This document shows positions 53,117 to 64,000 of a stretch of DNA of 64,000 bases, piece after piece. The DNA comes from Halodesulfurarchaeum sp. (GTDB lineage: Archaea > Halobacteriota > Halobacteria > Halobacteriales > Halobacteriaceae): positions 1,472,001 through 1,536,000 of the forward strand of contig JAXHNL010000002.1 in the NCBI GenBank assembly GCA_034520565.1. The letters run 5' to 3'. Within the stretch, counting starts at the first letter, position 1, and each line of letters opens with the position of its first letter. Under the pieces are notes generated by a model. That model ran no database searches. It was given only the letters and a program-made list of their open reading frames with translations, and was not told where the DNA came from. The translations under genes and the position numbers were made by a program.

Positions 53117-53794
53117 CTCCCCGAGCGGCGGAAAGACGAGTGGTTCCTCGTCAGTCCTCACGATGGGGCGACACGACCCGAGATCGGTTACCAGCGGCGT
53201 CATAATGTCTGCGGCGGTCCGGCCGTTAACCGTCGTTCCAACGGCCACGCGGCTAAAGGCCGGCAACACGAGCACCGAACACCCCTCGTATTGGTCGGGA
53301 CAGTTCAGATAGCAGGGGCGACGGGAGCCTTCGATGGTGATAGCCGGGTGATCGTGACCGATGATGTACCGGGAGGCTTCGGTTTCCGGGATTTCGTGGC
53401 CGTGGTGAACGACCGTTTCCCTATCGATCCGGTATCCATCGACGGTTTCGATGGACGTGACGCGATCCAGGCCCGTATCGTGATTCCCGGCAGTCACGAC
53501 GAGGTCGGCGTCACGGTCCTCGACCAGATCGACGATCTCCGCGACGGTTTCGGCGACGGTCAGTGAAACCGAATCGAAGTCGTGAACGAGATCGCCCGCA
53601 ATGACGACCTGCTCGGCGTCGTGGCGGTCGAGAAGTGCGTCGAGACGCTCGAGGATATTCGCGTGGCTCCCGATCGGGAGATCGACGCGGGAACTCCTGG
53701 CTCGGCCGAGATGGACGTCTGCCAGGACCAGTGTTCCCCGTTCGGGCAGCCACACGGCCCGGTCCTCGTAGTGAACGTCTCCGAAGGCCGTCAC
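53099..53794 (-). CDS. Metallophosphoesterase (ICC-like)
   Basis: DVHLG, GDLVH, GNHD, HGH, GHDHP, LPAF. Confidence 0.88.
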   Translation of the reverse strand: MTAFGDVHYEDRAVWLPERGTLVLADVHLGRARSSRVDLPIGSHANILERLDALLDRHDAEQVVIAGDLVHDFDSVSLTVAETVAEIVDLVEDRDADLVVTAGNHDTGLDRVTSIETVDGYRIDRETVVHHGHEIPETEASRYIIGHDHPAITIEGSRRPCYLNCPDQYEGCSVLVLPAFSRVAVGTTVNGRTAADIMTPLVTDLGSCRPIVRTDEEPLVFPPLGELQSHL

Positions 53795-53873
53795 AAGCGA
53801 AGATCGCGTTCTGGCCCAAAAGGTGTACTGTCTCGACCGGTGCAGTTTTCATCGCCGGCTTCGAGACTCCGCT

Positions 53874-54650
53874 ATGGTCGAGGTCCTTGACGACAAACGC
53901 GAGGCGACCCGATATCGGATCCTCGTGGAGATCGCCGATCGGCAACCTGCGGTGAGCCAGGGGGAGATCGCAGAGGTAGTCGGGGTAACCAGTCAGGCCG
54001 TCTCTGAGTACATCCGGGAACTCGTGACGGACGGTCTCGTCGTCAAACAGGGTCGCTCTAGATACCAGGTTACGAACGAAGGGGTCGACTGGTTGCTGGG
54101 CCACACCACCGACATCCGTCGATTCACCGAGCGAGTGGCGGACGACGTCCTCGGTGGCGTTCAGGAGGACGCCGCTATTGCGACCACGGCTATCACAGAG
54201 GGCGATACCGTCACGCTCGAAATGCGAGACGGGATGCTCCATGCCACTCCGGGCGGGGACGGCCCAGCGACGGGAACGGCGACGACGGACGCGGAGCCCG
54301 GCCACGAGGTCGGCGTCTCTGGCTTCGAGGGCGTCATCGACTTTTCTCCGGGGGCGGTTACCGTCTATCAGGTTTCACCGGTCCGCAGCGGTGGGAGTAA
54401 GCGCGTCGATACCACCGCGCTGGAGCGTGCCTGCGATGAAAGCCCGTTAGTTCTCGCAGCCGGAATCGAAGCGGTCGTCGCGCTCGATCGGATCGGACGG
54501 TCTCCGGACGGTCGGTTTGCCGTCGGCGAGGTCGCCGCGCGTGCTGCAGAACGCGGCGTGGACGTCATGGTCGTCGCCACGGCTGACGAAGTGGGACGGG
54601 TGACTGATCCACTTCGGGAGGCCGGGACCGCGTACACCGTCCAGGACTGA
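53874..54650 (+). CDS. Winged-helix transcriptional regulator (COG1497-like)
   Basis: SQGEIAEVVGVTSQAVSEY HTH. Confidence 0.82.
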   Translation: MVEVLDDKREATRYRILVEIADRQPAVSQGEIAEVVGVTSQAVSEYIRELVTDGLVVKQGRSRYQVTNEGVDWLLGHTTDIRRFTERVADDVLGGVQEDAAIATTAITEGDTVTLEMRDGMLHATPGGDGPATGTATTDAEPGHEVGVSGFEGVIDFSPGAVTVYQVSPVRSGGSKRVDTTALERACDESPLVLAAGIEAVVALDRIGRSPDGRFAVGEVAARAAERGVDVMVVATADEVGRVTDPLREAGTAYTVQD

Positions 54651-54665
54651 AAATCGTCGAACCCG

Positions 54666-55421
54666 TCAGCCGATATATCGGAGATCTTCGCCGCTCCCCG
54701 GGCTCTGGGCTTCTTCCATGTCCTGGAGCCGATTGATGACTTCTTCCATCTCGTCGGCCCGCTCGTCGAGTGCCTCGACGTCGATGTCGAAATTCAGTCG
54801 CTCCTGGAGCACGTCGAGTACGGCCCTGGCGCTTTTCGGGTCCACGAGATAGCCACTCGTTTCGCCCATCAAACAGGCAGCGTCGAGACCCCGTCGAGCG
54901 CCGAGACCGAGTAACAGTCCGCTCGTCCCGACGATGCCGCCGGTCGGCTCCTCGGATCGGAATTCGACGCCGACTGCCTCGAGATCTTCGAGAAGCGAAT
55001 CGTCGGAAACGGCGCCGAGGACGCTGTATTCTTCGATCAGTTCGCCCGTCGGAATACCGCCCAGTGAGTACACCGTGTCGGCACCGAGGCGTTCGGCCTC
55101 GTCGAGAAACGTCGACGCGAGGCGGTACTGTCCCTCGTTGTTCCCGGACTGATGATCGCCAGTCAGGACCACGAGATCCCGCCCGTTTGTGGGCACGGCG
55201 TACAGTTCCGCGTGGGCCAGGCTGGCGACGCCGTCCTCGTCGACGCCGACCTGTGGAGGGAAATATTCGGAGTAAATCTGGGCGAGGAGCGTGCTTTCGG
55301 TCTCCTCGATCAGGTGTTCGGCGACGAGCTTGCCGACGTGGCCGACGCCGGGTAAGCCCTCGACGAAAACCGGATTCTCGAGGTCGGCTTCGACGACCTG
55401 CTCTACCTCGATTTCGTTCAT
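54666..55421 (-). CDS. PAC2-family proteasome assembly chaperone
   Basis: GLPGVGHVG, GETSGY..DP; follows nop10. Confidence 0.9.
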   Translation of the reverse strand: MNEIEVEQVVEADLENPVFVEGLPGVGHVGKLVAEHLIEETESTLLAQIYSEYFPPQVGVDEDGVASLAHAELYAVPTNGRDLVVLTGDHQSGNNEGQYRLASTFLDEAERLGADTVYSLGGIPTGELIEEYSVLGAVSDDSLLEDLEAVGVEFRSEEPTGGIVGTSGLLLGLGARRGLDAACLMGETSGYLVDPKSARAVLDVLQERLNFDIDVEALDERADEMEEVINRLQDMEEAQSPGSGEDLRYIG

Positions 55422-55425
55422 GTCC

Positions 55426-55608
55426 CTAGGCTTGGCGACGCTCCTTAAGAGCGCGTCGGTACTCGCCATATGGATCTGCAGGATCGAATTTCGCCGGGGC
55501 GCTGTTGACCGTTTTTGCACCGCACTCGGGACAGGAATCTTCGATCGTGTACACCGGTCGCTCGTGATTCGTTTCCCACGCTGTACAGACGCGAATATCG
55601 GATTTCAC
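55426..55608 (-). CDS. nop10: H/ACA RNP protein Nop10
   Basis: YT...CPECG...PAKF.P.DPYGEYRR. Confidence 0.92.
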   Translation of the reverse strand: MKSDIRVCTAWETNHERPVYTIEDSCPECGAKTVNSAPAKFDPADPYGEYRRALKERRQA

Positions 55609-55613
55609 GGGCT

Positions 55614-56414
55614 CTACTCGTCGTCGATTCGCCGCTCGCGGTGGAACTCCCCGGAGCCGCCTGCGGATACGACGGCGTCGATGGCCCTGTCAGCGGCGGC
55701 TTCGAGTGCCGATTCGGCGGTCTTGTACGTCGGTGCCCTGACGCGAATCCGGTATTCCGGTGCGCCGACGTACGTGACTTCGAGATCGACTTCGTCGGGA
55801 ATTTCCCCGTTCCCTTCCGCCGCTTTGAGTGCATCCTGCACGTCGTCGACGCCGTCGGGATTTGGCGATCGAATATCGACGTACCCGGTTACGGTCACAT
55901 AGGGGACCGAGACGTTCTCGCGGGCGGTCTCCACGACAGCATTGAGATCGTCTTCCGGCAGGTCGATGTCGTCGAGGGCCGGTCGGCCGTGGATAGCCGC
56001 CTGTTCGAAACTGTCATACAGGCTGCCGAACTCTTCGAGAAGTTCGTCGGCCACCTCGCGGAAGCGGTCGTCCGGCATGTCCTCGCCGAACGCGAGCGTG
56101 AGCCACTTGTCGGCCTTTTGCTCGTTTTTCCAGCGCTGGATCGTCTCGGAACGCTGGTGGTCGTTCACGTCCTTGATGGAGAGATCGATCTGCTGGGAGG
56201 AGCGATCAACGTCGAGGACTTTCGCGACGACGGTCTGTCCCTCCTTTACGTGATCGGAGATGTTCTTGATCCACCCGGAGGCGACCTCGCTGATGTGGGC
56301 TAACCCGCGTTTTTCTTCGTACTCCTCGAGATCCACGAAAACGCCGAAGTCCTCGATCTCTTCGACCTTGCCGACGACGAGTTCCCCGGGATCGGGCCAG
56401 CCCTCGTACTTCAT
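55614..56414 (-). CDS. eif2a: Translation initiation factor 2 alpha
   Basis: S1 domain [19 protein letters not shown]. Confidence 0.95.
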   Translation of the reverse strand: MKYEGWPDPGELVVGKVEEIEDFGVFVDLEEYEEKRGLAHISEVASGWIKNISDHVKEGQTVVAKVLDVDRSSQQIDLSIKDVNDHQRSETIQRWKNEQKADKWLTLAFGEDMPDDRFREVADELLEEFGSLYDSFEQAAIHGRPALDDIDLPEDDLNAVVETARENVSVPYVTVTGYVDIRSPNPDGVDDVQDALKAAEGNGEIPDEVDLEVTYVGAPEYRIRVRAPTYKTAESALEAAADRAIDAVVSAGGSGEFHRERRIDDE

Positions 56415-56584
56415 CGTTGTTCGACGACTTCGAGTACCTCGGCGTCGAGTTCCGCGATGCCGCCGGTCGGCGTCGCGAGCGTCGTGCCACAGACGGCACA
56501 CGAGACTTCCGAGGATGCCTTCTCGAAGACGGTCTGTTCGTTCTCACAGTCCGGACACTCGACGCGGAGGAAGCTTCCTGCCAT
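56411..56584 (-). CDS. rps27e: 30S ribosomal protein S27e
   Basis: Manual translation [33 protein letters not shown]... (57 aa). Confidence 0.93.
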   Translation of the reverse strand: MAGSFLRVECPDCENEQTVFEKASSEVSCAVCGTTLATPTGGIAELDAEVLEVVEQR

Positions 56585-56587
56585 GAG

Positions 56588-56869
56588 TCACTCCGTCAGT
56601 TCGAGTTTCCCGGCCCGCCATCCCTCTCGAAGGTGGGCGTTGCCACACTCGCTGCAGCGGTACTTCAGGTCGGTCTTCTTCGTGGGTTTGTCCCCTCCCG
56701 GAACCTTCGAGAACTTGCCGGCGTTACCGATGGTGGATTTACCCCGCTTCTCCTGGCGGTCGGCCCACTTCATCCCGGTCTCACGACCGCGGCGGACTTT
56801 TTCGACCTCGTGCTGGGTGTGTGTATCGCAGTGCGGACAGTACGTATTGATTCGGCGTGGCATCTGCAT
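56588..56869 (-). CDS. rpl44e: 50S ribosomal protein L44e
   Basis: YCPHC, KPTKK, CSECG. Confidence 0.96.
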   Translation of the reverse strand: MQMPRRINTYCPHCDTHTQHEVEKVRRGRETGMKWADRQEKRGKSTIGNAGKFSKVPGGDKPTKKTDLKYRCSECGNAHLREGWRAGKLELTE

Positions 56870-57015
56870 GGAAATCGATCCTGTTGAAGTTGGGTTGGTG
56901 AGGGGGAGTTAAAACGCGTTTGGTTCGCCGCCCGAGTCACGCCCCGAAATCCGGGGCCTTGACCGCCCCGAGAAAGTTCGAAACGTTTACTCCCCGGTCC
57001 GACGAAGCAGACATC

Positions 57016-57282
57016 ATGAAGCGGCTCATCATCCACGGCGACCCGGGCGTGCGCAAGGACGGCATCGTCGAGGTCGACGGCGAGGAGTACACGTTGTTCC
57101 AGGTCACCCGGAACGGTGACTGGCACGGCCCGGATCGGGTCCAGCTGTGGTGTATTGCCGGGGAACCCGACGAGCAGGAGGACTTCGAGAAGCGAAACTA
57201 CATCCCCCACTTCCTCGACGTCGAAGCCGTGGACGCCGAGGCCGTCGACGTCAAAAAGCGCGCCGGCGATCTGGCCGTTTAA
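57016..57282 (+). CDS. Conserved haloarchaeal small protein
   Basis: Codon-optimised acidic 88-aa ORF MKRLIIHGDPG... Confidence 0.75.
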   Translation: MKRLIIHGDPGVRKDGIVEVDGEEYTLFQVTRNGDWHGPDRVQLWCIAGEPDEQEDFEKRNYIPHFLDVEAVDAEAVDVKKRAGDLAV

Positions 57283-57351
57283 GGATCAGTTTGGGCCCGG
57301 GAGTACGTTTTCACCCCTCCGATGAATCGTGTTTACCGCATTCGCGAGTGA

Positions 57352-59691
57352 TCAGTCATCACTCGGTGTTCTTGCTCCGTTCACTCGATAGATCGTCACG
57401 TGACCGTCGTCGTAGGCAACTGAAATCCCGGGTTCGATCGCGTAATTCGGCGGGTCGTACCGCTCGTTTTCGATCGGTCCGACGTAGATGTAGGTCACGT
57501 CGTACATTTCGAGGAGGAGCATTCGGGACTCCGGCTCGTCGGTCTCGAAGATGATTTCGACGTCCTGCACCCGGTCCCAGTATGCGTTTGCCCCTCGATA
57601 CCCGACCTCGTGGGACCAGCCGGCGACGGTCGGGATGCCGGTCATGCTCGACGGGGCGTTGACCCACCGGTAGATTTCGGTTCCAGGGGCCGAGACCATC
57701 GTTGGCTGGCCACTTCGGTCCGCGAGCCACCGAATCGCAGCCGCCTCCTCCGGATGGTCCTCCTCGATATAGGCGTGGGCATCGAGCGTGGGCCCAGTCG
57801 TGCCGCTTCCGATCCCCCAGATCGTTCCCAGCACCGGGTAGATCGAAAGAGAGACAAGTAATACGAGAAGCACCACTGTCGCGAGACGCTGTTTTTTGGT
57901 GGTGGTCCAGTTTCCACGTTCGGGTCGTGAATCCGGCCCGTCTCCGGAACGCCACGAGTGAACCGTCTGTAAGACGTTTCGTTTTGCTTCAGCGAGCGCT
58001 GGTCCGGGCCCCTCCGGCCCGACGAGCCAGGCACCCATTACCCCGGCAGCGACGGCCCAGAGCGCCCAGACCTGCGCCGAGATTTTGAAGACCGTGTTCA
58101 TCCGACCGGGTCCGGCCTCCTCGATGACGTAGACGAACTCGACGAGCAAGAGGAGCCCGAGGGCCCCGACGAGCATGACGAGTTCGAAGGAGACGTCCTC
58201 GCGGGATCGAAGCAGGACCCAGCCACCGAACAGGAGCGGAACGAACAGGGCAACTGCCGGGGCTCGAAAGAACGTGGCCACTACCACCAGTCCAGCCAAC
58301 AGCACAGCAACTCCCCACCAGTCCCGGCGGTCGAATCTCGCGGCGAGATACGCGCTACCGATCCCGATGAAGCCGCCGAACACGAGGTAGCCCGCCCAGA
58401 TTACTCCGCGGGCTCGGCAGGAATCCGACCGAGCGACCACTTGCCGCCCCTGTGAGGAACGGAAATACGGAAATGGCGCCCAGAACTGCCACGACGAGTG
58501 CCAACATACCGGCTAACACCACCCGGCTGGTTTCGGTCGCGACTGGGCGGTCGGCGAGCGCTCTCTCGAAGAATTCGCGAACGCCGGCCGGAAACATCGT
58601 CCAGGGTGCTGCGGGAGCAAACACGAGTGCGAGAGCGGTCATCCCGAAGAGCGCGGGGGCACTCCACGTGTTTGTTACCACCAGCAATCCGCCGATGGGG
58701 ACGATGGCAAGGAGTCGAAGAACCCGGCCACGACGGTCAGTTTCCGGGCGCTTCCAGATGGCAAAGGCAAGCCCCACGCCCAGCAAAAGGAACACCGGAC
58801 TCATCATGTGGGCGTGGAGGTCCCCGTTGAGGAACGCGAAAAACGGAAACTCGGTGATGAGTTGCCAGTCGCCGGCCGCGTTGCCGTGGATCACCCGGCT
58901 CGCGTACCAGTAATGGAAGTTCATCGGGCCGGTTGCGAGACCAACGACTTCCAGACCGACGAGGTCCGCGAACGCCCTTCCCACGCCATCGGGGAGAATC
59001 CAGACGAGGAGCCGTGCTGGAGTCGAAAGGTTGCCGGCGAGGCCGACGAAAAACGCACCGAGTCCCCCGCCGACCCAGTACGGTCGATCGAGTTCGGCCG
59101 CGATGGCACCGGAGAGTCCCCACGCCGCCGTGACGTACGCCGCGAAGTAGCCGGCAAGCGCAGTGTTGTAGGCATATCGCGGCGCGGTGTCGGTCAGCAT
59201 CGCGAAAACAGCCGCGAGCATGTGGCCCCCGGTAGTAATACTTGGACGGTTTCCCCGGCGAACCAGCATGTCCTGTGGGGGAAGCGACGTCGCTCTCAGG
59301 AGGGAGGCCAGCAGGCCGAAGTCGAGGAATTTCTCGCCCCCGCCGGGGAACGCACCTGGCCGGAACAATCGAATGAGGATCAGGAAGAGGTATGCGAGCG
59401 TAAAGACGATCGCGGCGTTTCGAAACCGCCGGGTGTCGATGTCGACACCTCGCCGAAGCGAAAGCGCGGACAGCCCACCGAGGAACGAGCAGTGCTCCGG
59501 TGCGGCCCCAAACCGAATCGGAACTGTCCGATCCAGTAGGCGGCAAACGCGAGGATGGCGAAGGCAACGGGAATCGCGAGGCCCGCTCCACGATCCGTAA
59601 CGCTCGAAAAGAGGAGGCTCGCGAACGGGAGTGCCAGGGCTCCCAGTCCCAGGAAGAGCCCGAGCCAGACGACGATCACGCCGAGTTCCAC
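57352..59691 (-). CDS. DUF2298/YYY-family polytopic membrane protein, putative GT-C glycosyltransferase (several frameshifts)
   Basis: GEKFLDF, YYY, ITEFP..F..GDLHAH, RMNTVFK, GWSHE spread over four ORF pieces. Confidence 0.75.
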
Positions 59692-59830
59692 AGGAGTGCC
59701 TTCTTCCGGATTCCCCTATACACCTTGTGGACCGGATCGGTGGGCGGGCTTCCCCCCTATCACGGCTGGTCCTGGCCTGGCGGACTCCGTATCGAATGCT
59801 TTTACACGATGTGTGGCTGAGTTCCGGGAA

Positions 59831-60610
59831 ATGACGCGGAGCGTCGGGATCGTCGTTCCCGCCTATCGGCCGGACGTGTCCGTGCTCGTGGAGTATCTCG
59901 TGGACGTCGAGCGGGAACTCGAGCCCGAAACGCTTCGGGTCGAACTCGACGCCCCGACGGACGAGACGCTCGAAGCGCTTCGGGAAACGTCGGCGACGAT
60001 CAACGCCGTCGATCACCGTCGTGGAAAGGGTGCAGCGATTACCGCGGGGTTCGAAGCCCTTTCGACGGACGTCCTCGCGTTTGCCGACGCCGATGGAAGC
60101 ACCCCTGCCGAATCGATCCGGGCGGTCGTCGATGCCGTCGAAACTGGGAACAGCGACGTTGCCGTCGGGTCACGCCGGCATCCGGATGCCGACGTTCGGT
60201 CCCACCAGACCGTCCTCAGGCAGCATCTCGGTGACGCATTCGCCTGGATCGCCCGTCGCTTTCTCGGTCCCAAGTTGCGCGATTACCAGTGTGGCGCCAA
60301 GGCCATGACTCGGGAGACGTGGCTCGCCATCCGTGAACACCTCTACGAACCGGGGTTCGCCTGGGACGTCGAAGTGATCGCCATGGCCGACGCGTTCGGG
60401 TTCGAAATCACCGAGGTCCCGGTCATCTGGATCGACCATCCCGATTCGACGGTCACGACGACGAGCGCGGTTCCGGAACTGCTGTGGGCGCTTTTTTCCG
60501 CCCGCAATCGAGCGAAAATGCTGATGCGGGGTCAACTCCACGGGACCGGGTCCGGTGGCGAGACGACAACCCCAAATGACGAGCGTCCGCTCGTGGAGCG
60601 TGAGGAATGA
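59831..60610 (+). CDS. GT2 polyprenol-phosphate glycosyltransferase
   Basis: VPAY, GKG, DADG, GSR, DYQCG.K, FAWDVE. Confidence 0.88.
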   Translation: MTRSVGIVVPAYRPDVSVLVEYLVDVERELEPETLRVELDAPTDETLEALRETSATINAVDHRRGKGAAITAGFEALSTDVLAFADADGSTPAESIRAVVDAVETGNSDVAVGSRRHPDADVRSHQTVLRQHLGDAFAWIARRFLGPKLRDYQCGAKAMTRETWLAIREHLYEPGFAWDVEVIAMADAFGFEITEVPVIWIDHPDSTVTTTSAVPELLWALFSARNRAKMLMRGQLHGTGSGGETTTPNDERPLVEREE

Positions 60611-61083
60611 CCGGGCTCGAGGAACTGATCGCTGGTATTCAGGTTCGAATCAGAGCGATTGCCTCGGGTGCGCGTATCGGCCAGTTCGTCTCCGTCGGGA
60701 TCAGCGGTGCGACCCTCGAGACGATCATCGTGTTCCTGCTGACCGGCATCATCACGATTCCGCCGCTGGCTGCCAAGGCTGTCGGGGCCGAGGCCTCGAT
60801 CACGCTCATGTTTCTTCTCAACGACCGCTGGACCTTCGCGGGCGAGGGGAGGACGGGACTCCGTGCGGTTGGCCGTAGATACCTCAAATCACACACCGTG
60901 CGGATTGGCGGGCTCGCCGTGGCATTCGCCACGCTTTACGTGTTGACGGCGTGGACTGAGATCGAACTCGTGCTCTCGGGGGCCGACTTCTGGCCGACGA
61001 TCGCCAACCTCATCGGTATCGGCGTCGGGATGACGATCAATTACGTCGCGGAGAGTCTCATCACCTGGCGGGTCCACCGATAA
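60607..61083 (+). CDS. GtrA-family flippase
   Basis: F..VG, NDRWTF, 4 TM. Confidence 0.85.
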   Translation: MTGLEELIAGIQVRIRAIASGARIGQFVSVGISGATLETIIVFLLTGIITIPPLAAKAVGAEASITLMFLLNDRWTFAGEGRTGLRAVGRRYLKSHTVRIGGLAVAFATLYVLTAWTEIELVLSGADFWPTIANLIGIGVGMTINYVAESLITWRVHR

Positions 61084-61139
61084 CGGGACGTGTCGCGGGT
61101 CGGGGCGAGACGGGAAAACGAGGACACGAAAACCCCTGA

Positions 61140-61700
61140 TCAGTCCGCTTCGTCGACGATGCGTAGTTCACCGTCCTCGACCTCGACCGTGATCAGGGTC
61201 TTGACGTCATGACCGGTCTCGTCGAGTTCGTTCGGGCCGGCCTTCTTGATGACGGCGACGGTGTCGACCACGTCCGCGCCGATGTGCTCCAGGGCCTCGA
61301 TGATCGCTCGAAGTGTGCCACCCGTCGAGAGCACGTCGTCGAGGACCAGTACCCGGTCGCCGGCCTCCACGTCGTTGATGTACATCTCCTCCTCCGAGTA
61401 GCCGGTCTGCTGTGTCAGCGCGACCTCACCTTCGAGGCCGTATTGCCGCTTTCGGATGACCACCAGCGGGATGTCAGTCATGAGAGAGACGGCAGTCGAG
61501 ATGTGGATCCCCATTGCTGCGGGGGTGACGATCTTGTCGACGTCCTCGAGTTGGGCCTTTCGAATGATCTTGATGACGATTTCCCGAAGCAGCCCCGGTT
61601 TCAGCATCGGGACCCCGTCGCTGATCGGGTGGACGAAGTACTGGTAGTCCCCCTTCTCGATGATCGGCGCGGAGAGAAGTGACCGTTCGAGTTGATCCAT
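61140..61700 (-). CDS. hpt: Archaeal purine phosphoribosyltransferase (Hpt/Apt)
   Basis: [22 protein letters not shown]. Confidence 0.85.
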   Translation of the reverse strand: MDQLERSLLSAPIIEKGDYQYFVHPISDGVPMLKPGLLREIVIKIIRKAQLEDVDKIVTPAAMGIHISTAVSLMTDIPLVVIRKRQYGLEGEVALTQQTGYSEEEMYINDVEAGDRVLVLDDVLSTGGTLRAIIEALEHIGADVVDTVAVIKKAGPNELDETGHDVKTLITVEVEDGELRIVDEAD

Positions 61701-61950
61701 GTTGCCTGTACCTGCGGTCGGGAATAAAATGTGGCGGTTCCCGGATACCGCCGCCCATCGAGCTAAAATTCTCGAGGACTTCTCGAAATATGCGCGAATT
61801 TACGCCGTACAGGGCCCCCCTATCGCTATTGTGAATCATCGGCCAACCACGGAAGCAGAACGGAAATGGTTTTGTCCCCCATTCGCAAGAGGTGGATAAG
61901 ACGATGCTCGAACGATGGAACCGATTGTCGTTACGGGCGACGAGGGATGA

Positions 61951-63108
61951 GTGATGCCAGCAGCTGGCACTGACATCCTGGTTCCGGTCAACGATTCCGA
62001 AACGTTTCGGAACACGGTGACCTACGCGGTTCGGGAGGCCCAGGATATCGCCGAGAACGAGGGGACGAAGCCGACGGTTTACTTCGTCTACCCCATCCGT
62101 TGGCGACCGATAAAAGGTGTCGACGTCCTCCCCGGCGATTCTACGGATTTGTTCGAACGAATCCACTTGTGGGCCCGGGAAGACCTCGATGAGGAGGCGC
62201 TTTCGGACGGTGAACTCCCGATCGAGATCGTGACCGACCTGATCGGTCGGGATCGATATCTGTTCTCCCCTGCCGATTATGCCTCGGTGATTCGCGAGTA
62301 CGCACATGACCACGATATCGAACGCGTCGTCCTCGATCCCGAATACCACCCGGGCGGAACCGCGCCCCTGATGGAACCGATTCTGGCGGCACTCGAACTC
62401 ACCGGGTTGACAGTCGAGGAAGCACCAGTCGAACGGGTTACCGTGCGCACGCCGGTTTCGAGTCGGGCGACGCTCGCGAAAGCGGGCCTGGTGTTCGGTG
62501 TCTCCTATGCGTTTTATTTGATCCTCGGTGGAACATTGACCTCATTCAATCTGCTAACCGGGGCCCTCGTCGCCGGACTTTCGACAGCGGTTTTTGCAGG
62601 GATCACGGCAGAACACCGGCCGGTATTCACATCACTTTTCGCTCGCGTAGCCAGATTGCTCGTCTATTTCCCGTATCTCCTCTGGGAAATCGCGAAAGCA
62701 AATCTTAGCGTCGCCTACATCATCCTTCACCCGAGTTTACCCATCGACCCGGAGATGCGTCAGTTCGAAGCGGCGGTCTGGGGCGAGTATTCGGTCACCA
62801 CGTTGGCGAACAGCATCACGTTGACTCCGGGAACCTTGACCGTGGACGTCCGTCGTGACAGTCTCTATATTCACACGTTGACACAAGATGCCCGGGACGG
62901 CCTCGACGACGGTGCCCTCGAACGAGCGGTCCGATTCGTCTTTTTCGGGCGAAATGCGATGGATATTCCGACACCGCTGGAGCGAAACGCGGTTTTGGCT
63001 CCAGAAACGGCAACTGTCAGGCGTCGACTCAGGGACGAACTGACGCGGTTTTCGGCAGACGGGGAGATCCGTGTTCCCGAACGGCCGGAGGGGTGGGACG
63101 AGGAATGA
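61951..63108 (+). CDS. mrpE: Mrp antiporter subunit E with N-terminal USP-like domain
   Basis: ILVPV..S at the N-terminus; LANSITLTPGT at the C-terminus. Confidence 0.88.
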   Translation: MMPAAGTDILVPVNDSETFRNTVTYAVREAQDIAENEGTKPTVYFVYPIRWRPIKGVDVLPGDSTDLFERIHLWAREDLDEEALSDGELPIEIVTDLIGRDRYLFSPADYASVIREYAHDHDIERVVLDPEYHPGGTAPLMEPILAALELTGLTVEEAPVERVTVRTPVSSRATLAKAGLVFGVSYAFYLILGGTLTSFNLLTGALVAGLSTAVFAGITAEHRPVFTSLFARVARLLVYFPYLLWEIAKANLSVAYIILHPSLPIDPEMRQFEAAVWGEYSVTTLANSITLTPGTLTVDVRRDSLYIHTLTQDARDGLDDGALERAVRFVFFGRNAMDIPTPLERNAVLAPETATVRRRLRDELTRFSADGEIRVPERPEGWDEE

Positions 63109-63395
63109 TCGAACAGAGCGTAGTCACCTTCGAAACGGCCTTGCTCGGTGCCGCCACCGTGACGGTCCTTTTTGCCGTCGGATTGCTCTATCGCGTCGCA
63201 GTGGGCCCCACGATGGAGGACCGTGTGATCGCCATCAACGCCGTGGGGACGAACACGGTCGTGGTGCTCGCGTTACTGGCGGTGGCCCTCGACCGCCCCG
63301 GCTTTCTCGACATCGCGATCGTGTACGCATTGCTCAACTTCCTCGCGAGTATCGCGATCTCGAAGTTCATCGTGGAACGCGGAGGTGTCCTCTAG
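63105..63395 (+). CDS. mrpF: Mrp subunit F
   Basis: GPT..DRV.A, DIA.VYALLNF. Confidence 0.9.
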   Translation: MIEQSVVTFETALLGAATVTVLFAVGLLYRVAVGPTMEDRVIAINAVGTNTVVVLALLAVALDRPGFLDIAIVYALLNFLASIAISKFIVERGGVL

Positions 63396-63710
63396 ATGAC
63401 GCCCTTCGAGTATCTCGTCGTCGCGCTGGTGGCTGGAGGGGTCTTTTTCTCCTTCGTCGCGGTCGTCGGTATCATCCGATTACCGGACCTGTATACCCGC
63501 GCTCACGCGACGTCCAAGAGTGACACCCTCGGAACGATCCTTTCGCTTGCCGGGGTGGCACTCGTGCTCGGATCAGACATCGCTGCAGCCAAAACAGTCT
63601 TCCTCCTGTTGTTCATGCTCATCACCAATCCGACAGCCGCTCACGCCATCACGAGAGCCGCCTACGACCAGGACATCGAACCGTGGACGACCGAGGAGGG
63701 TGATGATTAG
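63396..63710 (+). CDS. mrpG: Mrp subunit G
   Basis: RLPDLYTRAHA.SK, NPTAAH. Confidence 0.92.
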   Translation: MTPFEYLVVALVAGGVFFSFVAVVGIIRLPDLYTRAHATSKSDTLGTILSLAGVALVLGSDIAAAKTVFLLLFMLITNPTAAHAITRAAYDQDIEPWTTEEGDD

Positions 63711-64000
63711 ATGGAGCTATTCCTCTTTGCCACGCTGCTTGGGTTCGTGGTCCTCGCCGCCGGTATCTCGGTCTTGCTCCGGGACGTGCTCAGTGCGATC
63801 ATCGCGCTGGCCGGGTTCAGTTTCGGGGCTGCGATCGTGTACGTCCTGCTGAGTGCACCGGACGTCGCACTCACCGAGGCAGCAGTTGGTGCCGGCGCGA
63901 CCACTGTGCTCTTTCTGGTTACCATCGTCAAAACGGTGCGGCCGAGTGGGAAACGCGTCTTTGAACACGTCAAATGGGGACCGCTGGCGCTCGTCGGCGT
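63711..64000 (+). CDS. Mrp subunit B-like (DUF4040), partial
   Basis: APDVALTEAAVGAG in manual translation. Confidence 0.85.
   Translation, partial: MELFLFATLLGFVVLAAGISVLLRDVLSAIIALAGFSFGAAIVYVLLSAPDVALTEAAVGAGATTVLFLVTIVKTVRPSGKRVFEHVKWGPLALVG

Overview
GC-rich DNA with an acidic proteome, typical of a halophilic archaeon (Halobacteria, inferred). 1-19.5 kb is housekeeping: MFS transporter, ychF, pan, mre11-rad50, polB, a PAS kinase, sufCBD with a DtxR/Idr-type box, and tRNA-Gln. After the tRNA comes a ~23 kb metal/aerobic-respiration cluster. It holds a HiPIP-like lipoprotein, a P19-type iron-binding lipoprotein, an atypical DyP, ilvD, a fused cytochrome b plus Rieske operon with no cytochrome c, an A1-type coxABC oxidase, two cupredoxins, CopD, DUF420 and heme A/O synthases. 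Several promoters there share an ACCAGAA motif. 45-52 kb holds a candidate arginine synthetase (ArcE-like) with OTC and an amino acid ABC transporter, beside a threonine-synthase homolog lacking its PLP lysine. The end has translation genes (rpl44e, rps27e, aIF2a, nop10), a GT-C/GT2/GtrA glycosylation trio, a purine PRTase and the start of an Mrp operon. Many small indels break even essential genes, so the assembly probably contains indel errors. Family calls rest on motif recognition, not database searches.
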